Source: Acidobacteriota bacterium
Lineage (GTDB): Bacteria > Acidobacteriota > Vicinamibacteria > Vicinamibacterales > UBA2999
Length of the DNA stretch: 64,000 nt
Direction of reading: 5' to 3'
Assembly (NCBI GenBank): GCA_052389315.1
Contig: JBQTIE010000295.1
Span: 5,255-69,254 of the forward strand
Position numbers and translations under genes: made by a program. Every line of letters starts with the position of its first letter. Positions within the stretch are counted from its first letter, which is position 1. Below are positions 47,875-56,191 of this stretch, in pieces. Under the pieces are notes generated by a model. It saw only the letters and a program-made list of their open reading frames with translations. It made no database searches and had not been told where the DNA came from.

Positions 47875-48993
47875 TTGCTCATGGCTTTCGCGCAGGACCT
47901 GATCGACAAGGCCCGCGGTCTCGCCGGGCAGTTCCACTCGGAGCTGTCGCAGGTCTCGAGCGCCGCCGATCGCGAAGTGGCCGTCACACAGCTGAAGCAC
48001 CGCTGGCTGGGTCGCAAGGGTCTCGTCGCCTCGCTGACACCGCAGCTGGGCCAGGTCACCGACGCCGCCGACCGCAAGGCGGTGGCGCTCGAAGTGCAGG
48101 GGCTGCGCACGACGATCGAGCGCCTGCTGGCCGGGCAGCCCGCAACGTCGCAGCCCCGAGCGCGAATCGCGGGGGTAGACGTCACCCTGCCCGGTCGCAC
48201 GCCCACCCTCGGATGCAGACACCCGTTGAGCCTGGTCCGCGAGCAGGTGGAGGAGATCTTCACCAGGCTGGGCTACCAGGTGCTCGAGGGTCCCGAGGTC
48301 GAAGACGACTACCACAATTTCGAAGCCCTCAACATGCCGGCGGAGCACCCCGCGCGCGACATGCAGGACACGCTGTACCTGGCGACGCCGCTTGCGCCGT
48401 CGCAAGCGGCCGGCCACTCCACACTCTCCCGCCGGCCTGCGTCAGGCCCGCAGCCCCTCACGCTGCTGCGCACCCACACCTCCGCCATGCAGGTTCGCCA
48501 CATGGAGCGCCACGCCCCGCCCGTGCGGCTGGTCGCCATCGGACCCGTGTATCGGCGTGACAACCTCGACCTGACCCACACGCCGATGTTCCACCAGGTC
48601 GAGGGGCTCGTCGTGGGATCAGGCATCACCCTGGCCGACCTCAAGGGCACGTTGTTGTCCATGGCCACGGCGTTGTTCGGCGAGGGTCAGGATGTTCGAT
48701 TCCGGCCAAGCTTCTTCCCGTATACCGAACCCAGCGCAGAAGTGGACATCCGGTGCATCCGGTGCCGGGGGCTGGGGTGTGCCATCTGCAAGCGGACGGG
48801 ATGGCTCGAGATCCTGGGCAGCGGCATGGTCCACCCGGCGGTCTTCGAGCACGTCGGCTACGATCCCGACCAGGTCACAGGCTTCGCCTTCGGCATGGGG
48901 ATCGAACGCGTCGCCATGCTCAAGTGGAACGTCGAGGACATTCGCCTGTTCTACGAGAACGACGTGCGCTTCCTCGAACAGTTCGGGTCATGA
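47875..48993 (+). CDS. pheS: phenylalanine--tRNA ligase alpha subunit
   Basis: HPL......V..IF..LGY, NFEALN.P..HPARDMQDT, LLRTHTS..Q.R.M, FRPSFFPYTEPS.EVD, zinc-knuckle-like CIRCRGLGCAICKRTGWLEILG.GMVHP and GFAFGMGIER. Confidence 0.9.
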   Translation: MLMAFAQDLIDKARGLAGQFHSELSQVSSAADREVAVTQLKHRWLGRKGLVASLTPQLGQVTDAADRKAVALEVQGLRTTIERLLAGQPATSQPRARIAGVDVTLPGRTPTLGCRHPLSLVREQVEEIFTRLGYQVLEGPEVEDDYHNFEALNMPAEHPARDMQDTLYLATPLAPSQAAGHSTLSRRPASGPQPLTLLRTHTSAMQVRHMERHAPPVRLVAIGPVYRRDNLDLTHTPMFHQVEGLVVGSGITLADLKGTLLSMATALFGEGQDVRFRPSFFPYTEPSAEVDIRCIRCRGLGCAICKRTGWLEILGSGMVHPAVFEHVGYDPDQVTGFAFGMGIERVAMLKWNVEDIRLFYENDVRFLEQFGS

Positions 48994-51122
48994 AAGTCCT
49001 TCTCTCCTGGATTCGGGATTTCGTGGACGTTCCAGGCGCCCCCGAGGAAATCGGCGCGCGCCTCTCGATGCGGGGCCTCGCCCTGGACGCGCTGGAGCCC
49101 GTTGACTCGCTTCCGCCTCCTCCCTGGCGGGCCCAGGCGGCTGGCGACGCCGTGCTGGACGTCGACGTCACGGCGAACCGTCCGGACTGCCTGTCGATTC
49201 GAGGCATCGCCCGGGAGATCGCCACCGTGTACCAGCTTCCCTTGCGTTCGCAGGGCCCTGCCCTGCCGCTTCCAGGCGGGAGCGGGCCGCACGACTCGCC
49301 AAGCGCCGGCGAGCCGATGCCCGCGCTCTCGGTCAACATCGAGGCCCCGGAGCTGTGCCACCGCTACGTGGCCGGAATCGCGGACGTCACCGTGGGCGCT
49401 TCCCCCGCCTGGCTGCAGGCTCGTCTCACCGCCTGCGGCGTCCGACCCATCAGCAATGTGGTCGACGTGACCAACTATGTCCTGCTCGAACTCGGGCAAC
49501 CCCTGCATGCCTTCGACTACCAACGGCTTCGAGGGCCGTCCATCATCGTGCGCCGGGCTCGTGCCGGCGAGCGGCTCACCACCCTGGACGGCAAGGCGCG
49601 AGTCCTCGACCCGGAGACGCTGGTCATCGCGGATGCGGACGCGGCGTCGGCCATCGGCGGCGTCATGGGGGGCCTTCAGTCCGAGGTGGCACACGGCACG
49701 CGGCGTATCGTGCTCGAAAGCGCGTGGTTCAAACCTCAGTCGGTCCGGGCCACCAGCAAGCGCCTGGGCCTGCGGACCGAAGCGTCCTACCGCTTCGAAC
49801 GCGGCGCAGACGTCGAAGCCGCCGACGAAGCGATGGAGCGGGCCCTCGCCCTGCTGGTCGCCATCGGCGCCGGAAAGGCTCGCGGCCAGATCATCGACTG
49901 CTATCCGGAAAAACGCGTCGCCACCCGGCTCGAGGTGGCCCCCGGTTCCATTGGCCACCTGCTCGGCATGGAGGTGCCGGCAGCCGACACCGAACGCATC
50001 CTTCGGAGCCTTGGCTTCGTCGTTCGCGCCGCCGGCGACGGGCCAGGTCACCAGGCCGCGGGCGGCGCTCGTGGCGGCGCCTGGCACATCCAGGTCCCCT
50101 CATGGCGCGTGGATGTGTCGCGGCCGGTGGACGTGGTCGAGGAAGTGGGGCGTCACTACGGCTTCGAACACCTGCCGACGACTTTTCCGCCGGTGGTCGC
50201 GCCACCGCCGCCCTCCGATCCGCGCATCGAGCGCGACGGACGGGTGCGCCGTGCCCTGCTCGGCATGGGATTCACCGAAGCCATCACCTTCGCGTTCATC
50301 GAGGCCGCCGCCGCCGCGCCCTTCGTGGACGACGGCGTGGTCGCACTGGCCAACCCCCTGTCGGAGAAGTTCACGACCCTGCGCCCCAGCCTGCTGCCAG
50401 GCCTCGTCGACGCGGTGAGCCACAACCGGCGACACGGCCGCGGCGACATCAGGCTCTTCGAGATCGGCACCCGGTTCTCGCCCCGTGGCGAAACACGGGC
50501 GGCAGCAGCAGTGTGGACCGGTCTGGCCACGTCCGACCATTGGAGTGGCGGGCGCCGGCCGGTGGACTTCTTCGACGTCAAGGGTGTCGCCGAGCAGGTG
50601 TGTGCCGTGTTGAACGTCAGTCCGGACATCCGGCCGATGGCCGCCGCCGCCTTCGAGCGCGGACGCGCCGCCGAGCTCAACTCGGGCGGGGCCCGCGTGG
50701 GCATCCTCGGCCAGCTCAACATCCAACTGGCCACCAGCCGGGAACTGCCGACCGCGGACGCGGTTTTCATGCTCGAGTTGGATCTCGACGGGCTCTCACG
50801 TGACCTTCCGTCCACGGTCCGGTTTGCCACACCCCTGCCGAAGTATCCGTCGGTGGTGCGAGATGTTTCGGTCCTCGTCGATGACACCTTGTCTGCCGAG
50901 ACTGTTCGTGGCACGATCCGGACAGTGAGTCCGGCCTCGCTCACGAGCGTGCAGGAGTTCGACCGCTATCAAGGTCAAGGCATTCCTGCGGGGAAGGTGA
51001 GCCTGTCGTTGCGGCTGACCTTTCAGTCATCGGACCGGACGCTCACCGACGCCGAGATTCACGTGGCGATGGAGACCATCGTGGGAGCGCTGGCCGGACA
51101 GCTCGGCGCCGTCCAGCGATAG
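48990..51122 (+). CDS. pheT: phenylalanine--tRNA ligase beta subunit (short form without the OB-fold tRNA-binding domain)
   Basis: MKVLLSWIRDFVDV (B1) runs almost directly into VLDVDVTANRPDCLSIRGIAREIA. It is followed by B3/4, B5 and a C-terminal FDX-ACB-like domain (FDRYQGQGIPAGKVSLSLRLTFQSSDRTLTDAEI). ATG 48990 overlaps the pheS stop and gives 710 aa. Confidence 0.9.
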   Translation: MKVLLSWIRDFVDVPGAPEEIGARLSMRGLALDALEPVDSLPPPPWRAQAAGDAVLDVDVTANRPDCLSIRGIAREIATVYQLPLRSQGPALPLPGGSGPHDSPSAGEPMPALSVNIEAPELCHRYVAGIADVTVGASPAWLQARLTACGVRPISNVVDVTNYVLLELGQPLHAFDYQRLRGPSIIVRRARAGERLTTLDGKARVLDPETLVIADADAASAIGGVMGGLQSEVAHGTRRIVLESAWFKPQSVRATSKRLGLRTEASYRFERGADVEAADEAMERALALLVAIGAGKARGQIIDCYPEKRVATRLEVAPGSIGHLLGMEVPAADTERILRSLGFVVRAAGDGPGHQAAGGARGGAWHIQVPSWRVDVSRPVDVVEEVGRHYGFEHLPTTFPPVVAPPPPSDPRIERDGRVRRALLGMGFTEAITFAFIEAAAAAPFVDDGVVALANPLSEKFTTLRPSLLPGLVDAVSHNRRHGRGDIRLFEIGTRFSPRGETRAAAAVWTGLATSDHWSGGRRPVDFFDVKGVAEQVCAVLNVSPDIRPMAAAAFERGRAAELNSGGARVGILGQLNIQLATSRELPTADAVFMLELDLDGLSRDLPSTVRFATPLPKYPSVVRDVSVLVDDTLSAETVRGTIRTVSPASLTSVQEFDRYQGQGIPAGKVSLSLRLTFQSSDRTLTDAEIHVAMETIVGALAGQLGAVQR

Positions 51123-51174
51123 GTTCACTGGCGAGCCACACGCCGCCACCACGTGAGAGAACACCGAGACGCCC

Positions 51175-51453
51175 ATGGTAACCAAAACCGTCCCCTCGTC
51201 TGCCGTTGGCCCCATCGATCGACTCGAAGAGAAAATCAAGCTGCTCGTCAGCGTCATCGGGCGGTTGCGCGGTGAGCAATCCCGCGTGATGGAGGACAAC
51301 GCTCGCCTCCAGCGCGAGGTTGCGGCCCTGACGGCGCGGCTGACCGAGGCTGAAGGTGCCACCGGTGAGCTGACCGAGTTGCGGGCGGAACGCGACGAAG
51401 TCCGTTCGCGCGTGTCGGAAATGCTTCAGCAACTCGACGCCCTGAACCTGTGA
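51175..51453 (+). CDS. coiled-coil protein, ZapB-like cell-division factor candidate
   Basis: 92 aa of continuous heptad-like sequence (IDRLEEKIKLLVSVIGRLRGEQSRVMEDNARLQREVAALTARLTEAE...), located directly upstream of zapA. Confidence 0.5.
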   Translation: MVTKTVPSSAVGPIDRLEEKIKLLVSVIGRLRGEQSRVMEDNARLQREVAALTARLTEAEGATGELTELRAERDEVRSRVSEMLQQLDALNL

Positions 51454-51548
51454 CGGACGCACAAGCCCGTGCACCGCACCCTTCGCCGTCCGAGTCGTCG
51501 CCCCGGTGCCTGCGAGCCAGCTCCCGGACCTGACGCACCGCTAGTCCT

Positions 51549-51854
51549 ATGAACGATGCCCGGCTCGTCCAGATTGAGATTCACGGTCAGCGTTATCCCA
51601 TCAGGACGACGTTGCCGACCGAATACGTGCAGCAGTTGGCGGCCTTCGTGGATCACAAACTGGACCTCGCGGCCGCGGCGTCCCCGTCCAGCGACACGCT
51701 GGGCCTGGCCGTGCTGGCGGCTTTGAACATCGCCGACGAGCTGTTCCGGGCTCGCGACGAGGGCGCGGAGACCAACACGGTCTTGGCCGCCCGTACCACC
51801 GCGTTGGAGCAAATCGTCGATCGCGCGCTGGCGCTGGCTGAACAGGCCGACTGA
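51549..51854 (+). CDS. zapA: cell division protein ZapA
   Basis: 101 aa. VQIEIHGQRYPIRTTLPTEYVQQLAAFVDHKLDL........DTLGLAVLAALNIADELF matches the ZapA pattern. Confidence 0.8.
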   Translation: MNDARLVQIEIHGQRYPIRTTLPTEYVQQLAAFVDHKLDLAAAASPSSDTLGLAVLAALNIADELFRARDEGAETNTVLAARTTALEQIVDRALALAEQAD

Positions 51855-51892
51855 CCGATTTTCGTGTTTTCTTCGCCAATGTGGTCGGCGAC

Positions 51893-51921
51893 TTGACCAC
51901 CCTCCCGGCGGGACCTAAGAT
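51893..51921 (+). promoter_or_regulatory. sigma70-type promoter for the candidate 6S RNA
   Basis: TTGACC (51893..51898), a 17-nt spacer, then TAAGAT (51916..51921). It sits 40 nt after the zapA stop. Confidence 0.5.
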
Positions 51922-51927
51922 CGGGGT

Positions 51928-52123
51928 GGCTCCTGAGTTGTGCGTGATGGTTTTCGGAGGCTTGTCTGAGCCAACGTTAAACCTCAAGCGAGTCGCGACA
52001 GCTGCGTGGTGTGCATGCCTCCGAGGCGAGGAAGCCTGAAGCGTAGTTTCTACAGCGGCTCCACCTGCTAAAACAGGTTCAGCAATCCTCCCCACACGGC
52101 AACGCGGGAGCTTCTCTGTTTTT
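51928..52123 (+). ncRNA. ssrS: candidate 6S RNA
   Basis: A non-coding stretch of about 195 nt lies between zapA and thiL, has its own promoter and ends in a T run (52119..52123). Hand folding gives a long imperfect rod. 51929..51935 GCUCCUG pairs with 52105..52111 CGGGAGC. 51956..51960 GGAGG pairs with 52087..52091 CCUCC. 51962..51972 pairs with 52076..52085. The middle is largely unpaired. The zapA-ssrS neighbourhood is known from E. coli. Confidence 0.55.
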
Positions 52124-52204
52124 GCGCGCCGGCGCGGCTGGTCCCTGGGGCCCCGGCTGGTTGACCGTCTTTCGCGCCGATCCGTCGCCGCCCGATCAAC
52201 GCCA

Positions 52205-53281
52205 GTGACCCACGCCCCATCTCGAGGACCGACCAGTCCGGCGGCGATTCCCGTGCACGGGCGTGAGACGGTGGCGGGGTGTGGCGAACGCGCGCTGCTG
52301 GAGCGCATCCGCACGATTCTGGTCAGCGGCCGACACCAGGAGGGAGTGGTCGTCGGCATCGGCGATGACGGCGCGGTCGTGGCGGTTCCCCGAAACGCGC
52401 TGACGGTCCTGACGGCCGATGGGGCGGTCGAAGGGGTGCACTTCGATCGGGCGTTTTCGACCGCTGGCGACATCGGCGTCAGAGCGCTTGCCGCCAACTT
52501 GAGCGACCTGGCGGCCATGGGCGCCGAACCGCGATGGGCGCTGCTCTCGCTCGCGCTGCCGGATTCGACGCCCGTGGGAGAGGTCGACGAGATGGTCACC
52601 GGCATTGCGACGCTGGCGGCCGCGCACGATGTCGCGGTGGTGGGAGGCAACGTGACGACCAGCCCTTCGGCCCTCGTGATCGACATCACGGCCATTGGCA
52701 CCGTGCGGCCCCGCCAGCTGCTCACGCGCAGCGGCGGAAGGGCGGGAGACGAACTGTTCGTCAGCGGGACCGTGGGAGGGGCGGCGGCCGGTCTGGAGAT
52801 GCTGCGTTCAGGCGTCGCGGCAGACGCCGGCCATCCATGCGTCGTCCGCCACGTGCGGCCGGTGCCGCGGGTGCGCCTGGGCCTGGCCATCGGCCGAGCG
52901 CGAGCCGCGCGAGCGATGATCGACCTCAGCGATGGGCTCGCCGACGCCGCGCATCAGCTGGCTGAGGCGAGCGGATGCGGCATCGAGCTTGATGCCGAGA
53001 CGATTCCGATCGACGCGTGCGCGCGCGCGTGGTGGGAGTCGAACGGAACCGACCCCGTGGCCGCGGCGCTGGCTGGCGGCGACGACTACGAACTGCTCTG
53101 CGCGATCCCGCGGAGCTGGCAGGGACGCTTGCGGCATGCGCGATCGCGCGTCGGCGACCCGCCGCTTACACGGATCGGCGTGCTCACGCGAGATCGGGAC
53201 GCGCGCGTACTCCGGCGATCGGGCGCGCGCGTGAGATTGCCGCGGGGCTACGAACACTTCGGATCACGATCGGCGAACTGA
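52205..53281 (+). CDS. thiL: thiamine-monophosphate kinase
   Basis: GERALLERI, GIGDDGAVV, TADGAVEGVHFD, IGVRALAANLSDLAAMGA.P, GGN and DLSDGLA motifs. GTG 52205 begins the ORF, and GTG 52271 is an alternative start. Confidence 0.85.
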   Translation: MTHAPSRGPTSPAAIPVHGRETVAGCGERALLERIRTILVSGRHQEGVVVGIGDDGAVVAVPRNALTVLTADGAVEGVHFDRAFSTAGDIGVRALAANLSDLAAMGAEPRWALLSLALPDSTPVGEVDEMVTGIATLAAAHDVAVVGGNVTTSPSALVIDITAIGTVRPRQLLTRSGGRAGDELFVSGTVGGAAAGLEMLRSGVAADAGHPCVVRHVRPVPRVRLGLAIGRARAARAMIDLSDGLADAAHQLAEASGCGIELDAETIPIDACARAWWESNGTDPVAAALAGGDDYELLCAIPRSWQGRLRHARSRVGDPPLTRIGVLTRDRDARVLRRSGARVRLPRGYEHFGSRSAN

Positions 53282-53282
53282 C

Positions 53283-53876
53283 ATGTACCTCTCGCGCTCG
53301 TTCTGGCGAAAGGCGGTTGCGACGGTTGGGGCCGCGGTGGGATTCGTGTTCGTGTATGAGACCACGACTCGCGACTCGCGTTTCGCCTCGATCGTCGATA
53401 CGGCCGCCACGCCGCAGCCAGGTGCCCGCCTGCTCTTCACGGCGACCGCGTATTGCAAGGGCGAAACAACCGCCTCGGGCGTGGCCGTCCGTACCGGCAT
53501 CGCCGCCGCGGATCCATCGCTTCTGCCGGTGGGCACTGTCGTGCGAATCGACACACCAGATGCTCGCTACGATGGGATTTGGACCATCATGGATACCGGC
53601 CCCGCCGTGCAGGGCCGCATCATCGATCTGTATCTCTGGAGTTGTCACGACGCCCTGCAGTTCGGCAGGCGTCCGATTCAACTGACGGTGCTCAGACTCG
53701 GTTGGCATCCTCGGAACAGCGAGCCCGCCGTCGCCGATCAGCTGTTTCGACAACGGGAGCGCGACCAGTCGCTTCAGTTACCGGCGTCAGGGCTCGGCGG
53801 GGCCGACCCACCGGCCAGGCCCGACCCACCGGCCAGGCCCGACCCATCGAAGGCGTCACCGCCCGCGCCCCGCTGA
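53283..53876 (+). CDS. 3D-domain protein (MltA/RlpA-like double-psi beta-barrel) with an N-terminal TM anchor and a Pro-rich repeat tail
   Basis: FTATAYCKGETTASGVAVRTGIAAADPSLLPVGTVVRI......DGIWTIMDTGPAVQGRIIDLYL is the 3D-domain pattern. The tail has DPPARP repeats. Confidence 0.7.
   Translation: MYLSRSFWRKAVATVGAAVGFVFVYETTTRDSRFASIVDTAATPQPGARLLFTATAYCKGETTASGVAVRTGIAAADPSLLPVGTVVRIDTPDARYDGIWTIMDTGPAVQGRIIDLYLWSCHDALQFGRRPIQLTVLRLGWHPRNSEPAVADQLFRQRERDQSLQLPASGLGGADPPARPDPPARPDPSKASPPAPR
53802..53850 (+). repeat. 18-bp tandem repeat, about 2.7 copies, in-frame inside the 3D-domain gene
   Basis: GGCCGACCCACCGGCCAG / GCCCGACCCACCGGCCAG / GCCCGACCCATCG, encoding (A)DPPARP DPPARP DPS. Confidence 0.9.
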
Positions 53877-54077
53877 GGCCGACCCCCTCCGACTCGCCGT
53901 TCTTCCGCGGTTGCGAGCGTGTCCTCAATAGGACGAGGCGTAGGCCGACCGTCCAGACGAAGGGACGGTGTTCGTGCCTTCGCGTCACCGGGAGGGGTCA
54001 GCTCCGGCCGACCCCTGTAACCCCTTGCGATCTAAGGCTTCCCGTGCTCCGAGCCTGCTGATATCATCCGGGGCGAC

Positions 54078-55895
54078 ATGAACGCGCTGTATCTCGTACT
54101 GCCGGCTCTTGGCATCTTTGCCATCGCCTATCGCTATTACAGCGCCTTCCTCGCGGCGCGCATCATGGTCCTCGACGATGCGCGTGTGACACCCGCGCAT
54201 ACGAAGTACGACGGCCACAACTTCTACCCGACGTCGCGGTGGGTGCTCTTCGGGCATCACTTCGCCGCCATCACGGGCGCGGGGCCGCTCATCGGGCCGA
54301 CCCTGGCGGCTCAATTCGGCTACGCTCCCGGCTTCATCTGGCTGGTGGCGGGCTGCTGCCTTGCGGGCGCCGTCCACGATTTCATCATTCTCTGGGCGTC
54401 GACGCGGCGCGGGGGCCGGTCGCTGGCAGAAATCGTGCGCGACGAGCTCGGGCCCGTCGCGTGGTTCACGGGCGCCGTCGCCATCCTGTTCATCGTCATC
54501 ATCGCCATAGCCGGCCTCGGCATCATCGTCGTCAACGCACTGGCGGAGAGCCAATGGGGCACGTTCACGATCGCAATGACGATCCCGCTCGCGTTTTTCA
54601 TGGGCTTCTACATGTACGTCTGGCGAAAAGGCCGCGTCGTGGAAGCCACGGTCATCGGCATCATCGGCCTGATGGCGTGCGTGATTTTCGGCGAGCCGCT
54701 CAACCATCCGGGCTCCGCCCTGGGGAGCTGGTTCCGCCTGTCGCGTGAAGAACTCGTCATCGCGATCGGGATCTACGGATTCGCCGCGTCGGTGCTGCCC
54801 GTCTGGCTCCTGCTGTCGCCGCGGGACTATCTCAGCTCGTTCATGAAGATCGGCACCATCGTGTTGCTGGTGCTCGGAATTGCGATCGTCAATCCGCAGC
54901 TGCAGATGCCCGCGCTCACCGAGTACGTGAACGGCGGTGGCCCCATCATTCCAGGGCCGCTGTTCCCCTTCTGCTTCATCACCATTGCCTGCGGGGCCAT
55001 CTCCGGCTTCCATTCGCTGATCAGTTCCGGCACGACGCCCAAGATGGTGGACAAGGAGACGGACATCCGCCCCATCGGCTACGGCGCCATGCTGATCGAG
55101 GGCATGGTCGGCGTCCTCGCGCTCGTCGCGGCCTCCGCGATGTATCCCGGCGACTACTTCGCCATCAACACGACCACGCAGGTGTATGCCACCCTGGGGC
55201 TCAGCCACGTCAACCTGGAAGCGCTCCAGCTCTCGGTGGGCGAAACGGTGGCGGGACGAGCCAGCGGCGCGGTGTCGCTGGCCGTGGGAATGGCGCAGAT
55301 CTTTACAGCCCTCCCCGGCATGAGCGGGCTGATGGCGTACTGGTACCACTTCGCCATCATGTTCGAGGCGCTGTTCATCCTGACCACGATCGACGCCGGG
55401 ACACGCGTCGGGCGCTTCCTCGTGCAGGAGTTCCTCGGGCGGATCCACCCGCCGTTCTCCAACCCGGCATGGATCCCCGGGTCCGTCATCTCGACCACGC
55501 TCATCGTGTTCGGGTGGGGCTACTTCATCTACACAGGGAGCGTGGACACGATCTGGCCGATGTTCGGTGTGGCGAACCAGCTGCTCGGCTGCGTGGCCCT
55601 GTCGGTTGCTACGACGATCATCATCAACCTGGGCAAGGTGCGGTACGCCTGGGTCACGGGCGCCCCGCTCACGTTCCTGGCGACCAACACCTTGTGGGGC
55701 GCGTTCCTGAACATTCGCGATAACTACTACCCGTTGACCGCCCGCCTGGACGATGCTGCGCGCGTGCAGGGATGGGTGCTGACGGTGTCATCCGTCATCA
55801 TCATGGTCTGTGCGATTGTGATCCTGGCGGCCGCCATTCGGAAGTGGGCGAGCCTGTTGAGCGGCGACCGGCAGCCGCTGCCTGCCGAATCATGA
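54078..55895 (+). CDS. cstA: carbon starvation protein A (peptide/pyruvate transporter family)
   Basis: 605 aa. Highly typical CstA sequence throughout (YRYYSAFLAA, HFAAITGAGPLIGP, FHSLISSGTTPKM and others). Confidence 0.95.
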   Translation: MNALYLVLPALGIFAIAYRYYSAFLAARIMVLDDARVTPAHTKYDGHNFYPTSRWVLFGHHFAAITGAGPLIGPTLAAQFGYAPGFIWLVAGCCLAGAVHDFIILWASTRRGGRSLAEIVRDELGPVAWFTGAVAILFIVIIAIAGLGIIVVNALAESQWGTFTIAMTIPLAFFMGFYMYVWRKGRVVEATVIGIIGLMACVIFGEPLNHPGSALGSWFRLSREELVIAIGIYGFAASVLPVWLLLSPRDYLSSFMKIGTIVLLVLGIAIVNPQLQMPALTEYVNGGGPIIPGPLFPFCFITIACGAISGFHSLISSGTTPKMVDKETDIRPIGYGAMLIEGMVGVLALVAASAMYPGDYFAINTTTQVYATLGLSHVNLEALQLSVGETVAGRASGAVSLAVGMAQIFTALPGMSGLMAYWYHFAIMFEALFILTTIDAGTRVGRFLVQEFLGRIHPPFSNPAWIPGSVISTTLIVFGWGYFIYTGSVDTIWPMFGVANQLLGCVALSVATTIIINLGKVRYAWVTGAPLTFLATNTLWGAFLNIRDNYYPLTARLDDAARVQGWVLTVSSVIIMVCAIVILAAAIRKWASLLSGDRQPLPAES

Positions 55896-55969
55896 GTTGG
55901 CTCCGAGCGTTCCTCGCCGGCGTTCACCAGTTCCTGACGCTGCTCTATGCGGAACCGCCAGGGTGTTGA
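55892..55969 (+). CDS. 25-codon ORF translationally coupled to cstA (possible degenerate YbdD/YjiX-type partner)
   Basis: The ATG overlaps the cstA stop (ATGA). It encodes MSWLRAFLAGVHQFLTLLYAEPPGC, then TGA. The position matches the small partner genes commonly found after cstA, but the sequence is much shorter and lacks their conserved core. Confidence 0.3.
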   Translation: MSWLRAFLAGVHQFLTLLYAEPPGC

Positions 55970-56191
55970 GCGGTCAATATCCGCGTCCTGGAGCGGACGC
56001 GCCGACTCTAGCCGCCTTGACAGGCGGGAACCAAGTCCAGTAAGCCGGGCGCTGGACCAGCGGTCTCACGCCGTGCTCTTTCTGCTATAGTGATCAGGCC
56101 TGTTGTCCCAGACAGGCGCCGACGCTCCCCCAGCGTCGTGAGCGTCCGCAGCCCGCGGACCAGCGTAACCTCCGGGGTAGAGACTGCGTCC

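Noticed and set aside
53985-55448. A 487-aa minus-strand ORF.
   Set aside because: It is antisense to the unmistakable cstA gene and has no motif content.
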